64,000 nucleotides of DNA from Bacteroidetes bacterium QS_8_68_28 (GTDB lineage: Bacteria > Bacteroidota > Rhodothermia > Rhodothermales > Salinibacteraceae). Positions 12,683 to 21,272 of this stretch are shown one piece after another; the stretch's first letter is position 1, and each line of letters begins with the position of its first letter. A program made the translations under genes and the position numbers. The stretch is from contig PXTS01000015.1 of NCBI GenBank assembly GCA_003022485.1, positions 753 to 64,752 on the forward strand, written 5' to 3'. A model generated the notes under the pieces. That model saw only the letters and a program-made list of their open reading frames with translations. It made no database searches and was not told where the DNA came from.

Positions 12683-12712
12683 TTGACACCGAAGGCCGCG
12701 CGGTGCTATGTT
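12683..12712 (+). promoter_or_regulatory. Sigma70-like promoter candidate upstream of efp
   Basis: TTGACA (12683-12688), an 18-nt spacer, then TATGTT (12707-12712), ~100 nt upstream of efp ATG 12814. This is a pattern match only. Confidence 0.3.
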
Positions 12713-12813
12713 AACGTCGCGCGTTGTTGCGCGAAGGGCACTGCCACAGCGCACCGCTCGCGGCACCGCGCCGGCTTTCCCGTTCTCCCACGCTCCTGCG
12801 CTCCACGCTCAAA

Positions 12814-13383
12814 ATGGCCGACACCAGCGACTTTCGCACCGGGCTCGCCTTCGAGTGGCGCGACGGCGTCTGGCAGATCACCGACATGCAGCACGTGAAG
12901 CCCGGCAAGGGCGGGGCCTTCGTGCGCACCACGCTCCGCAACGTGCGCGACGGGCGCGTCCAGCAAGAGAACTTCCGCGCCGGGGCCCAGGTCGAGGACG
13001 TGCGCGTCGAAAAGCGCCCGCACCAGTACCTCTACGAGGACGACTACGGGTTGCACTTCATGAACACCGAGACCTACGAGCAATTTTCGATGCCGCCCGA
13101 GCGCGTCGACGGCCGTGAGTTCATCAGCGAGGGGAGCGAGCTCGACATCCTCTTCCGCGCCGACACCGACGAGCCCCTCTCGACCTCCCTGCCGGACAAC
13201 GTAGACCGCGCCGTGGCCGACACCCGCCCCGGCGTGAAGGGCGACACCGCGCAGGGCGGCACCAAGCCCGCCACCCTCGAGAGCGGTGCGACGGTGGACG
13301 TGCCGCTCTTCATCGAAGAGGGCGACGTGGTGCGCGTGGCGACCGGCAGCGGCGAGTACGTCACCCGCGTGTCTACGGCCTGA
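12814..13383 (+). CDS. efp: Elongation factor P
   Basis: ORF 12724..13383 trimmed to ATG 12814. The sequence MADTSDFRTGLAFEWRDGVWQITDMQHVKPGKGGAFVRTTLRNV includes the KPGKG loop typical of EF-P. Confidence 0.95.
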   Translation: MADTSDFRTGLAFEWRDGVWQITDMQHVKPGKGGAFVRTTLRNVRDGRVQQENFRAGAQVEDVRVEKRPHQYLYEDDYGLHFMNTETYEQFSMPPERVDGREFISEGSELDILFRADTDEPLSTSLPDNVDRAVADTRPGVKGDTAQGGTKPATLESGATVDVPLFIEEGDVVRVATGSGEYVTRVSTA

Positions 13384-13448
13384 CTGGGACTGTTTTTTGA
13401 GAGGGGCCTGCTGCCGGCGAGAATCGTCTCTCCCGAAAAAGGTCGTTC

Positions 13449-13470
13449 GTCCGTTCGCTTCGCTTACTCG
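13449..13470 (-). repeat. Copy of the dispersed 21-nt spacer repeat
   Basis: The reverse complement CGAGTAAGCGAAGCGAACGGAC matches the consensus at about 17/21. It lies in the efp-accB spacer. Confidence 0.45.
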
Positions 13471-13489
13471 TTTGTCTGCCCACTCGTTC

Positions 13490-13511
13490 GTCCGCTCACT
13501 TCGTTCGCTGG
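13490..13511 (-). repeat. Copy of the dispersed 21-nt spacer repeat
   Basis: The reverse complement CCAGCGAACGAAGTGAGCGGAC matches the consensus at 19/21. It lies in the efp-accB spacer, 20 nt from the previous copy. Confidence 0.55.
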
Positions 13512-13593
13512 TTCGTGGATCGTGTTCTTGCGAGCGATGCGGAAGCAAACGGAGAACCCCCAACCCCGCCCTCCCGCACTCCCAAACGCAAGC

Positions 13594-14181
<588 letters not shown>

Positions 14182-14259
14182 TTGGGGGGCCGTTCTTGGT
14201 TTTGAGTTGGCTTTTGAGTCGGCCAAAGACCAACAATCGGAAACCACGAAGACCCAAAC

Positions 14260-15621
14260 ATGATCGAAAAAGTCCTCGTTGCCAACCGGGGCGAGATCGC
14301 GCTGCGCGTGATCCGCACGTGCCATGAGATGGGACTGCAGACGGTGGCCGTCTACTCCACGGCCGACCGTGAGGCCCTCCACGTGCGCTTCGCCGGCGAG
14401 GCGGTCTGCATCGGGCCGCCCGCGTCGAGCGAAAGCTATCTGCGCCCCGACCGCATCATCGCCGCCGCCGAGGTCACGGGGGCCGACGCCATCCATCCCG
14501 GCTACGGTTTTCTCTCCGAGAACGCCGAGTTCAGCGCCATCTGCGCCGACAACGGCGTCGAGTTCATCGGCCCGGCCCCCGAGACGATCCGCCTGATGGG
14601 CGAAAAGAGCCGCGCCAAAGAAAAAATGGCCGAGGCGGGCGTGCCTACGATGGAAGGCTCCGAGGGCATCCTCGCGGGCGTCGACGAAGGCCGGCGCGTG
14701 GCCGAGGACGTGGGCTTCCCGGTCATGGTGAAAGCCGCGGCCGGCGGGGGCGGCAAGGGGATGCGCCTCGTGCGCGGGCCCGGCGACTTCGAGCGGATGT
14801 ACAAGGCTGCCAGCAACGAGGCGGAGGCCGCTTTTGGCAACGGCGACATGTATTTAGAGAAATTCGTCGAAAAGCCGCGCCACGTCGAAATCCAGGTGCT
14901 GGGGGACGGGGAGGGAAACGTCGTGCACTTCGGGGAGCGCGAATGCTCGATCCAGCGCCGCCACCAGAAGCTCGTCGAAGAGGCGCCCTCTCCCGTGCTG
15001 GGGAAGGAGCTTCGCCAGGAAATGGGGGCCGCCGCCGTGCGTGGCAGCGAGGCGGTCAACTACGAAGGCGCGGGCACCGTCGAGTTTCTCGTGGGGGCGG
15101 ACGGCGGATTTTACTTCATGGAGATGAACACACGCATCCAAGTCGAGCATCCCGTCACCGAGTTCGTCACCGACTGCGACCTGGTCGAGTACCAGATCCG
15201 CGTCTCCCAGGGCGAGACCGTCGACGACAAGCCCCGCCCCATGAACGGTCACGCCATCGAGTGTCGCATCAACGCGGAGAACCCGCGTCGGAACTTCAGT
15301 CCCTCGCCCGGCAAGATCACGGCCTTCCACCCGCCCGGTGGCCACGGGGTGCGCGTGGACACCCACGCCTACGCCGACTACCTGATCCCCCCGCACTACG
15401 ACTCGATGATCGCCAAGCTCATCGTGCGCGGCCCTACGCGCGAGCAGGCGATCACAAAGATGGCGCGCGCGCTCGAAGAGTTCATCGTGGAGGGCGTGGA
15501 CACGACCATTCCGTTCCACCTCCAGCTCATGGACGACGAGCGCTTCCGCACCGGCGACTTCGACACCCGCTTCATGGACGACTTCCAGATGAGCGCGCCA
15601 CGCGAAGAGCAACCCGCATGA
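14260..15621 (+). CDS. accC: Acetyl-CoA carboxylase biotin carboxylase subunit
   Basis: 453 aa. Starts [20 protein letters not shown] and contains [19 protein letters not shown] and [14 protein letters not shown]. Confidence 0.95.
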   Translation: MIEKVLVANRGEIALRVIRTCHEMGLQTVAVYSTADREALHVRFAGEAVCIGPPASSESYLRPDRIIAAAEVTGADAIHPGYGFLSENAEFSAICADNGVEFIGPAPETIRLMGEKSRAKEKMAEAGVPTMEGSEGILAGVDEGRRVAEDVGFPVMVKAAAGGGGKGMRLVRGPGDFERMYKAASNEAEAAFGNGDMYLEKFVEKPRHVEIQVLGDGEGNVVHFGERECSIQRRHQKLVEEAPSPVLGKELRQEMGAAAVRGSEAVNYEGAGTVEFLVGADGGFYFMEMNTRIQVEHPVTEFVTDCDLVEYQIRVSQGETVDDKPRPMNGHAIECRINAENPRRNFSPSPGKITAFHPPGGHGVRVDTHAYADYLIPPHYDSMIAKLIVRGPTREQAITKMARALEEFIVEGVDTTIPFHLQLMDDERFRTGDFDTRFMDDFQMSAPREEQPA

Positions 15622-15678
15622 GAGCGTTGCCCCTGTAGATGAGCGTTGCCTTTGTAGATCAGCGTTACCCTTGTCGAT
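15622..15678. repeat. Three tandem 19-nt units starting at the base after the accC stop
   Basis: The units are GAGCGTTGCCCCTGTAGAT, GAGCGTTGCCTTTGTAGAT and CAGCGTTACCCTTGTCGAT. They are followed by GGTGGAT-type short repeats. Confidence 0.85.
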
Positions 15679-15750
15679 GGTGGATGGGGGTGGATCGCGG
15701 ATGGTGCTTCCCCAGCAACCGCGACTGCTAACCGAAAACCATTCACCATT

Positions 15751-15771
15751 CAGCGAGCGAAGCGAGCGGAC
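15751..15771 (+). repeat. Copy of the dispersed 21-nt spacer repeat (consensus copy)
   Basis: CAGCGAGCGAAGCGAGCGGAC is flanked on both sides by CACCATTCAC-type words. It lies 35 nt upstream of gcvH ATG 15806. Confidence 0.6.
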
Positions 15772-15805
15772 TACTCACCATTCACCAACCCACACCCATA
15801 CCCCC

Positions 15806-16183
15806 ATGGACGCTCCCGACGAGCTGCGCTACACCGACAACCACGAGTGGATCCGCGACAACGGCGACGGTACGGCCACCGTCGGCATCACCGACTTTGC
15901 CCAAAGCGAGCTGGGCGACATCGTCTTCGTCGAGCTCGAACCCAACGGCACCGAGCTGGACCGGGAAGACGTCTTCGGCACCGTCGAGGCCGTCAAGACC
16001 GTCTCGGAGCTGTTCATGCCCGTCAGCGGCACGCTCGTGGAGGCCAACGACGCCCTCGAAGGCGAGCCGGATCTCGTCAACGACGACCCCTATGGCGAGG
16101 GCTGGATGGCGAAAGTCGAGCTGAGCGATCCCGACGAGCTCGACGACCTGCTCCCCGCCGACGAGTACGAGGCGATGGTTTGA
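15806..16183 (+). CDS. gcvH: Glycine cleavage system protein H
   Basis: ORF 15671..16183 trimmed to ATG 15806 (MDAPDELRYTDNHEWIRDNGDGTATVGITDFAQ). Lipoyl-lysine context is VEAVKTVSEL. Confidence 0.9.
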   Translation: MDAPDELRYTDNHEWIRDNGDGTATVGITDFAQSELGDIVFVELEPNGTELDREDVFGTVEAVKTVSELFMPVSGTLVEANDALEGEPDLVNDDPYGEGWMAKVELSDPDELDDLLPADEYEAMV

Positions 16184-16248
16184 GGTTGGAAAGGGTCTCA
16201 ACCTGCTGAGAAACTTTCTCCAACCTTCAACTTTCCAACCGCGAAGCC

Positions 16249-17820
16249 ATGAGCGAGCGCATCGTCATTCTCGACTTCGGCTCGCAGTACACGCAGCTCA
16301 TCGCGCGGCGGGTGCGCGAAGCGGGCGTCTTCAGCGAGATCCATCCCTGCACGCGCCCGGCCGATGAGATCGCCGCGATGCAGCCGGACGGGCTGATCCT
16401 GTCGGGCGGCCCGCTGTCGGTCTACGACGCGGAGGCGCCGCAGCTCCAGCCGGGGCTTCTGGAGCTGGAAAAAGCAGGCGGCGAGCCGGTGCCGGTGCTG
16501 GGCATCTGCTATGGCCTCCAGGCGATGGCCCACCTGCTGGGCGGGGGCGTGGAGGCCGCCGATCGCCGCGAGTTCGGTCCCGCCGATCTGACGGTCATGA
16601 CCGAAAACGGCCTCTTCGCCGGCGTGCCCGAGGGCTCGACGGTCTGGATGAGCCACGGCGACCATCTGACGACGCTCCCCGACGGCTACGAGGTCATCGC
16701 CCGCACCGGCAACGCGCCCGTGGCTGCCGTGCGCTCCTGCCGCCGCCCGCACTACGGCGTCCAGTTTCACCCCGAGGTCGTTCACACCGACTACGGGCGT
16801 GAGGTCTTGGAGAACTTCGCCCTGCGGATCTGCGGCTGCGAAGGGGACTGGTCGCCCGCCTCCTTCGTCGAGAAGCAGGTGAAGAACATCCGCCGGCAGG
16901 TCGGTGCGGAAGAGCACATCTTGCTGGGCCTCAGCGGCGGGGTCGATTCGTCGGTGGCCGCCGCGCTCATCAGCCGGGCCGTCGGCGAGCGCCTGCATTG
17001 CATTTTCGTGAACAACGGCGTGCTGCGCAAAGGCGAGTTCGACAAAGTGCAGGAGGCGTTTCGCGGCCACTTTGACCTGCACCTGAAGACGGTGGATGCC
17101 TCCGAGCGCTTTATGGCGCAACTCGAAGGCGTCGCGGACCCCGAGAAGAAGCGCGTGGCCGTCGGCAACACGTTCATCGAGGTCTTTGAGGAGGCCACCG
17201 AGGAGGTCGCCCAGCGGGTGGGAAAAAAGCCGCGCTACTTGGCGCAGGGGACCCTCTACCCCGACGTGATCGAGAGCGTCTCGACGGGCGGTCCCTCGCA
17301 GACGATCAAGACGCACCACAACGTGGGCGGGCTGCCCGAGGAGATGGGACTGGACCTGATCGAGCCGTTCCGCGAGCTCTTCAAAGACGAGGTGCGCGAG
17401 ATCGGGCGCCTGCTGGGCGTGCCCGAGCGTATCGTGGGGCGGCATCCGTTTCCCGGCCCCGGGCTGGCGATCCGCATCGCTGGGCCGGTAAAACGGGAGA
17501 AGCTGCGCCTCCTCCGCGAGGCCGACGACATTTTTATCAGCGCGCTGCGCGAACACGATCTCTACGACGAGGTGTGGCAGGCCTTCGCCGTCCTGCTGCC
17601 GGTGCAGACGGTCGGCGTGATGGGCGACGAGCGCACCTACGAGAACGTCTGCGCGCTCCGCGCCGTTGAGAGCGTGGACGGGATGACCGCCGACTGGGCG
17701 AAGCTCCCGCCCGACTTCCTGGGCCGCGTGGCCGGGCGCGTCGTCAACGAGGTGCCCGGCATCAACCGCGCCGTCTACGACATCACCTCCAAGCCGCCGG
17801 CGACGATTGAGTGGGAGTAG
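16249..17820 (+). CDS. guaA: GMP synthase (glutamine-hydrolysing)
   Basis: 523 aa. GATase part is ILDFGSQYTQLIARRVRE, ATP-PPase motif is GLSGGVDSSV, and the C-terminus ends PPATIEWE. Confidence 0.95.
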   Translation: MSERIVILDFGSQYTQLIARRVREAGVFSEIHPCTRPADEIAAMQPDGLILSGGPLSVYDAEAPQLQPGLLELEKAGGEPVPVLGICYGLQAMAHLLGGGVEAADRREFGPADLTVMTENGLFAGVPEGSTVWMSHGDHLTTLPDGYEVIARTGNAPVAAVRSCRRPHYGVQFHPEVVHTDYGREVLENFALRICGCEGDWSPASFVEKQVKNIRRQVGAEEHILLGLSGGVDSSVAAALISRAVGERLHCIFVNNGVLRKGEFDKVQEAFRGHFDLHLKTVDASERFMAQLEGVADPEKKRVAVGNTFIEVFEEATEEVAQRVGKKPRYLAQGTLYPDVIESVSTGGPSQTIKTHHNVGGLPEEMGLDLIEPFRELFKDEVREIGRLLGVPERIVGRHPFPGPGLAIRIAGPVKREKLRLLREADDIFISALREHDLYDEVWQAFAVLLPVQTVGVMGDERTYENVCALRAVESVDGMTADWAKLPPDFLGRVAGRVVNEVPGINRAVYDITSKPPATIEWE

Positions 17821-17821
17821 G

Positions 17822-17856
17822 GATTTTCGATTGCCGATTTTCGATTGCCGATTTTC
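17822..17856. repeat. 14-nt tandem repeat (2.5 units) filling the guaA/next-gene spacer
   Basis: GATTTTCGATTGCC occurs twice, followed by GATTTTC. It ends 2 nt before ATG 17859. Confidence 0.85.
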
Positions 17857-17858
17857 TC

Positions 17859-19391
17859 ATGCGCGCCCGACCATTCACCACTTCCCATCCACTACTTCCC
17901 CTGCTCTGCCTCGCGTTGCTGGCGGCCACGCTTCCGGCCGGGAGCACCGCCGCGCACGCGCAGGAGGGAGGCGGCGACCTCGGCAGTCAGAAGCAGGCGG
18001 ACGTGCCGCGCATCGAGGAAGCCGAGCAGGTCTTTCAGCGCGGGATCGAGGCCTTCGAGGCGGGCGACTATGGGGCGGCACTCCAGCGTTTCGAGGTGGC
18101 GATCAATAGCTACCCGCTGCATCGGAAGACCACTGCCGCCGCGCTGATGGCGGCAAAGGCCCTCTACCGCCAGGGCGAGTACGCCCGCGCCGACGAGCGC
18201 CTTTCGCGCTTCCTGCGGGAGTATCCCTCCAGCAGCTACGTGGGAGCCGCGCGCCGGGTGCGCAGCTACGCGCGTGAGCAACTGGGGCTGGAAGGCAGCG
18301 GCGCGGCGGGGCAGACGCTCCAGCTCGGCATCGCGCTGCCGCTCGACGGGCAGAACGCCGCGCTCACGCAGGCGATGTTCAACGGCATCGAGCAGGCCGT
18401 CGCGCGGGCCAATGGCGGCGAGTACGCGCCGGGAACGACGGTGCGCATGATGTTCCAGAATACGCAGGCTACCCCGCAGGGCGCGCGCGAGGCCGTCGGC
18501 GCGCTCGCCGAGGCGGGGGCCGATGTGGTGATCGGGCCGCTTTTTAGCCGCACGGCGCGCCCGGCCGGCGCGGTGGCCGAGGAGGAGCGCCTGACGATGG
18601 TGACCCCGCTGGCAGGCGACCGGGGGGTGAGCCAGGGGCGGCGCTACGTCTTCCAGGCCAACCCCACGATTGCCATGCGCGGGCGCCAGATGGCGCGCTT
18701 TGCCCAGGAGAGCCTCCGGGAAGACCGCTTCGGCGTTGTCAGCCAGCCGGAGGGAACGCAGAGCTACACCCTTGCCGAGCACTTTCGGCGGGAGGCGGAG
18801 CGGCTGGGCGCGACCGTCACGTTCTCCGACACGCTGCCGGGACTGCGCGCCTACGGGCGGCTCAACGAGCGCATCCCGGCTCAGCGGCTTCAAAACGCCG
18901 GGGCGGTCTACCTGCCCGTCAGTGGGGAGCAGGCCCCGCGCCTCGTGCAGGCGGCCCTCACGGCACTGGACCGCGCGGAGGTGCCGCGCCTGCGCGTCCT
19001 GGGCAACAGCGCCTGGGACGACCAGCCCATCGAGCAGTCCGCCAGCCGCTACCGCGTGACCTACGCCAGCCCCTTTGAGGTGGACCCCTCGCGTCCGGAG
19101 GTGCAGACCTTCATCGAAGACTTCCGCGCGGCTACCGGCCAGACGCCCGACCAGCTGGCCCCGCCGGGCCGCCGCCTCGCCTACACCGGCTACGACGTGG
19201 CGCGCTTCCTCATCGGGGCCCGCGCCCGCTCGACGGATGCTGCGCAGGTCCCGTCCGGGATGCGCGAGGCGCTGCTGGCGGCCCCGCGCTACGAAGGGCT
19301 GGGAGTGCGCATCCAGTTCGAAGGCGGCACCGTCAACCAGGGACTCTTTTACCAGCGCTACCGCGACGGGCGGCTGGAGTTGATGCGCTGA
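17859..19391 (+). CDS. Secreted TPR + type-1 periplasmic-binding-fold (Leu/Ile/Val-binding-like) protein
   Basis: ORF 17811..19391 trimmed to ATG 17859 (MRARPFTTSHPLLPLLCLALLAATLPAGSTAAHA signal). Contains TPR-like AEQVFQRGIEAFEAGDYGAALQRFE. The remainder has PBP1-like text (LQLGIALPLDGQNAAL, VVIGPLFS). Confidence 0.7.
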   Translation: MRARPFTTSHPLLPLLCLALLAATLPAGSTAAHAQEGGGDLGSQKQADVPRIEEAEQVFQRGIEAFEAGDYGAALQRFEVAINSYPLHRKTTAAALMAAKALYRQGEYARADERLSRFLREYPSSSYVGAARRVRSYAREQLGLEGSGAAGQTLQLGIALPLDGQNAALTQAMFNGIEQAVARANGGEYAPGTTVRMMFQNTQATPQGAREAVGALAEAGADVVIGPLFSRTARPAGAVAEEERLTMVTPLAGDRGVSQGRRYVFQANPTIAMRGRQMARFAQESLREDRFGVVSQPEGTQSYTLAEHFRREAERLGATVTFSDTLPGLRAYGRLNERIPAQRLQNAGAVYLPVSGEQAPRLVQAALTALDRAEVPRLRVLGNSAWDDQPIEQSASRYRVTYASPFEVDPSRPEVQTFIEDFRAATGQTPDQLAPPGRRLAYTGYDVARFLIGARARSTDAAQVPSGMREALLAAPRYEGLGVRIQFEGGTVNQGLFYQRYRDGRLELMR

Positions 19392-19592
19392 ACGTGCGTG
19401 ATGCAGAGCGCCCCGGCGTTTCTCCGATCGGGGCCCACGTCTGCTCGGCGCGAAAAACGCCCCGTGTTCCCCGCCCCTGCGCCGCGCGCGGAGGAACAGC
19501 CCCCCGACGGGATCGTACGCATAGCCTAAAGCAGCGCGTGGTTGCCAGCCCGCGCGTCCGTCCGCTGCTCTGAACGCTGCCGCTTCGGCTTC

Positions 19593-20432
19593 ATGTTTTC
19601 GCTTCGCCGCCTCTTCGCCGTCGCCGTGCTCGCCCTGGCGCTCGCCGCCGCTGGGTGCACGGGAGCGGGCCAGGTGCGCCACGACACCGCGAAGGAGGCG
19701 TACCAGAACGGCATGGACGCCTTTGAGGGCGGGGACTACGAAGAGGCCACCACCTACTTCCGCGCCGTCTTCGAGTACGGGCGCGAAAACGAGTGGGCCG
19801 ACGACGCGCAGCTCCAGCTCGCCCGCGCCTACCGCGAAGACGGGCGCCACCTGCTGGCGGCTCAGCAGTTCCGCCGTTTCGCGCGCCTGTACCGCAACGA
19901 CGAGCGCGCCCCGCTGGCCGAGTACCAGCAGGCGATGTCCTACTATCGCCTCTCGCCCGATTACGAGCTCGACCAGTCCCACACCAAAAAGGCGCTCAAT
20001 CTTTTTCAGCTTTTCGCCGATCGCTACCCGCAGCATGAGCACGCCGACACGGTGGAGGAAAAAATCGCCGAGTTGCGCGGCAAGCTCGCCCGCAAGCAGC
20101 TCGCCGCTGCGCGCCAGTACGAGCGCCGCGAGCTCTGGGAAGCCTCGGCGGACGCCTTCGAGGACGTTTTCAACCAGTACCCCGACACCCGCTGGGTCGA
20201 TGAGGCGTTGCTGGGGGCCGTGCGCACCAGCGTCGCGTACGCCGATCGCAGCATCGCGTCGAAGCAGGCCGAGCGCTACCGCCGGGCCGTAGACAACTAC
20301 CGGCGTCTCGAACAGATCTTCCCCGACAGCCCGCTGCTCGACAAAGCCGCCGCGCACTACGAAACGGCCCGGAAACGGCTCGAAGAGATAGACGGGGAAG
20401 ACGCCCAGCCCCTCGCCGAGACGGGCGAGTAG
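19593..20432 (+). CDS. bamD: Outer membrane protein assembly factor BamD (YfiO-like TPR lipoprotein)
   Basis: ORF 19542..20432 trimmed to ATG 19593 (MFSLRRLFAVAVLALALAAAGC lipobox). TPR text follows: AYQNGMDAFEGGDYEEATTYFRAVF and LNLFQLFADRYPQHEHAD. Confidence 0.85.
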   Translation: MFSLRRLFAVAVLALALAAAGCTGAGQVRHDTAKEAYQNGMDAFEGGDYEEATTYFRAVFEYGRENEWADDAQLQLARAYREDGRHLLAAQQFRRFARLYRNDERAPLAEYQQAMSYYRLSPDYELDQSHTKKALNLFQLFADRYPQHEHADTVEEKIAELRGKLARKQLAAARQYERRELWEASADAFEDVFNQYPDTRWVDEALLGAVRTSVAYADRSIASKQAERYRRAVDNYRRLEQIFPDSPLLDKAAAHYETARKRLEEIDGEDAQPLAETGE

Positions 20433-20543
20433 TTTCGCCCGCCGGTCCGCTTTCTTCGTGGGGCGGAGCGAAGGCACTTCAAAGGAGCACTGCAGGCAGG
20501 TCCCGCTCCCGCACGCCCTTACCTTCCGCACGCTACTGTGCCG

Positions 20544-21164
20544 ATGTACGTTGGCCTCTTCGGCGGGTCGTTCAACCCGCCTCACGTCGCGCACCAGATC
20601 GTCGCCGAGACGGTGCGCGAGCAGTTTGCCCTCGAAGCGGTGTGGTGGATGCCCGCCGGCGTCCCGCCGCACAAGGAGGCCGGCGCGGTGGCCCCCGCCC
20701 GGCACCGGCTGGAAATGACGCGCCGCGCGACGGCTTCGAATTCGGCCTTCCGCGCGAAAAGCGAAGAGGTCGAGCGCGGGGGTCCCTCCTACACCGTCGA
20801 GACGTTGCGCGTCTTGCAGGAGCGCCACCCGAAGACCCGATTCGCGCTCATCTTGGGGGGGGACAGCCTGGCGAGCTTCCTCGAGTGGCGCGCGCCCGGC
20901 GAAATCGCCCGCCGCGCCGAGCCTTTGGTCTACCGCCGCCCCGGCAGTCCCGGGCGCGACGCCCTGCTTGCGGAGTTGCCCGGCGAGATCGCTCGGCACG
21001 TGCGCTTTGCCGAGGCGCCTCGATTGGAGATCGCAGGCGCCGACCTGCGCGAGCGGCGGCGGCAGGGCCGGTCCCTGCGCTACCTCGTGCCCGAGGGAGT
21101 GCGTGAGTACATCGCCCAGCACGACCTCTACGCTGGTGAGGCGTGTCCCGCCGTGGCCGGGTAA
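20544..21164 (+). CDS. nadD: Nicotinate-nucleotide adenylyltransferase
   Basis: ATG 20544 gives MYVGLFGGSFNPPHVAHQ (H/TxGH-type motif). The rest of ORF 20538..21164 is consistent with NadD. Confidence 0.9.
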   Translation: MYVGLFGGSFNPPHVAHQIVAETVREQFALEAVWWMPAGVPPHKEAGAVAPARHRLEMTRRATASNSAFRAKSEEVERGGPSYTVETLRVLQERHPKTRFALILGGDSLASFLEWRAPGEIARRAEPLVYRRPGSPGRDALLAELPGEIARHVRFAEAPRLEIAGADLRERRRQGRSLRYLVPEGVREYIAQHDLYAGEACPAVAG

Positions 21165-21208
21165 GCGTGCCGACAAGCGTGGCACGCCGACAAGCGTGGC
21201 GTGCCGAC
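21165..21208 (+). terminator. 17-nt imperfect tandem repeat forming alternative hairpins right after the nadD stop
   Basis: The sequence reads GCGTGCCGACAAGCGTG, GCACGCCGACAAGCGTG, GCGTGCCGAC. GCGTGCC pairs with GGCACGC, and GGCACGCC pairs with GGCGTGCC, so two mutually exclusive stems share the loop GACAAGCGT. Confidence 0.4.
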
Positions 21209-21272
21209 GGGGCCGTTGCGGCCTGAAAACGTTCCAACCTCCACCCTTCAACTTCTACCCGCAACGCGCCCT

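Noticed and set aside
15622-15805. Looked for a glycine riboswitch upstream of gcvH.
   Set aside because: The spacer consists of 19-nt tandem repeats and the 21-nt repeat family. The conserved GGAGAG...CACCG-type riboswitch cores are absent.
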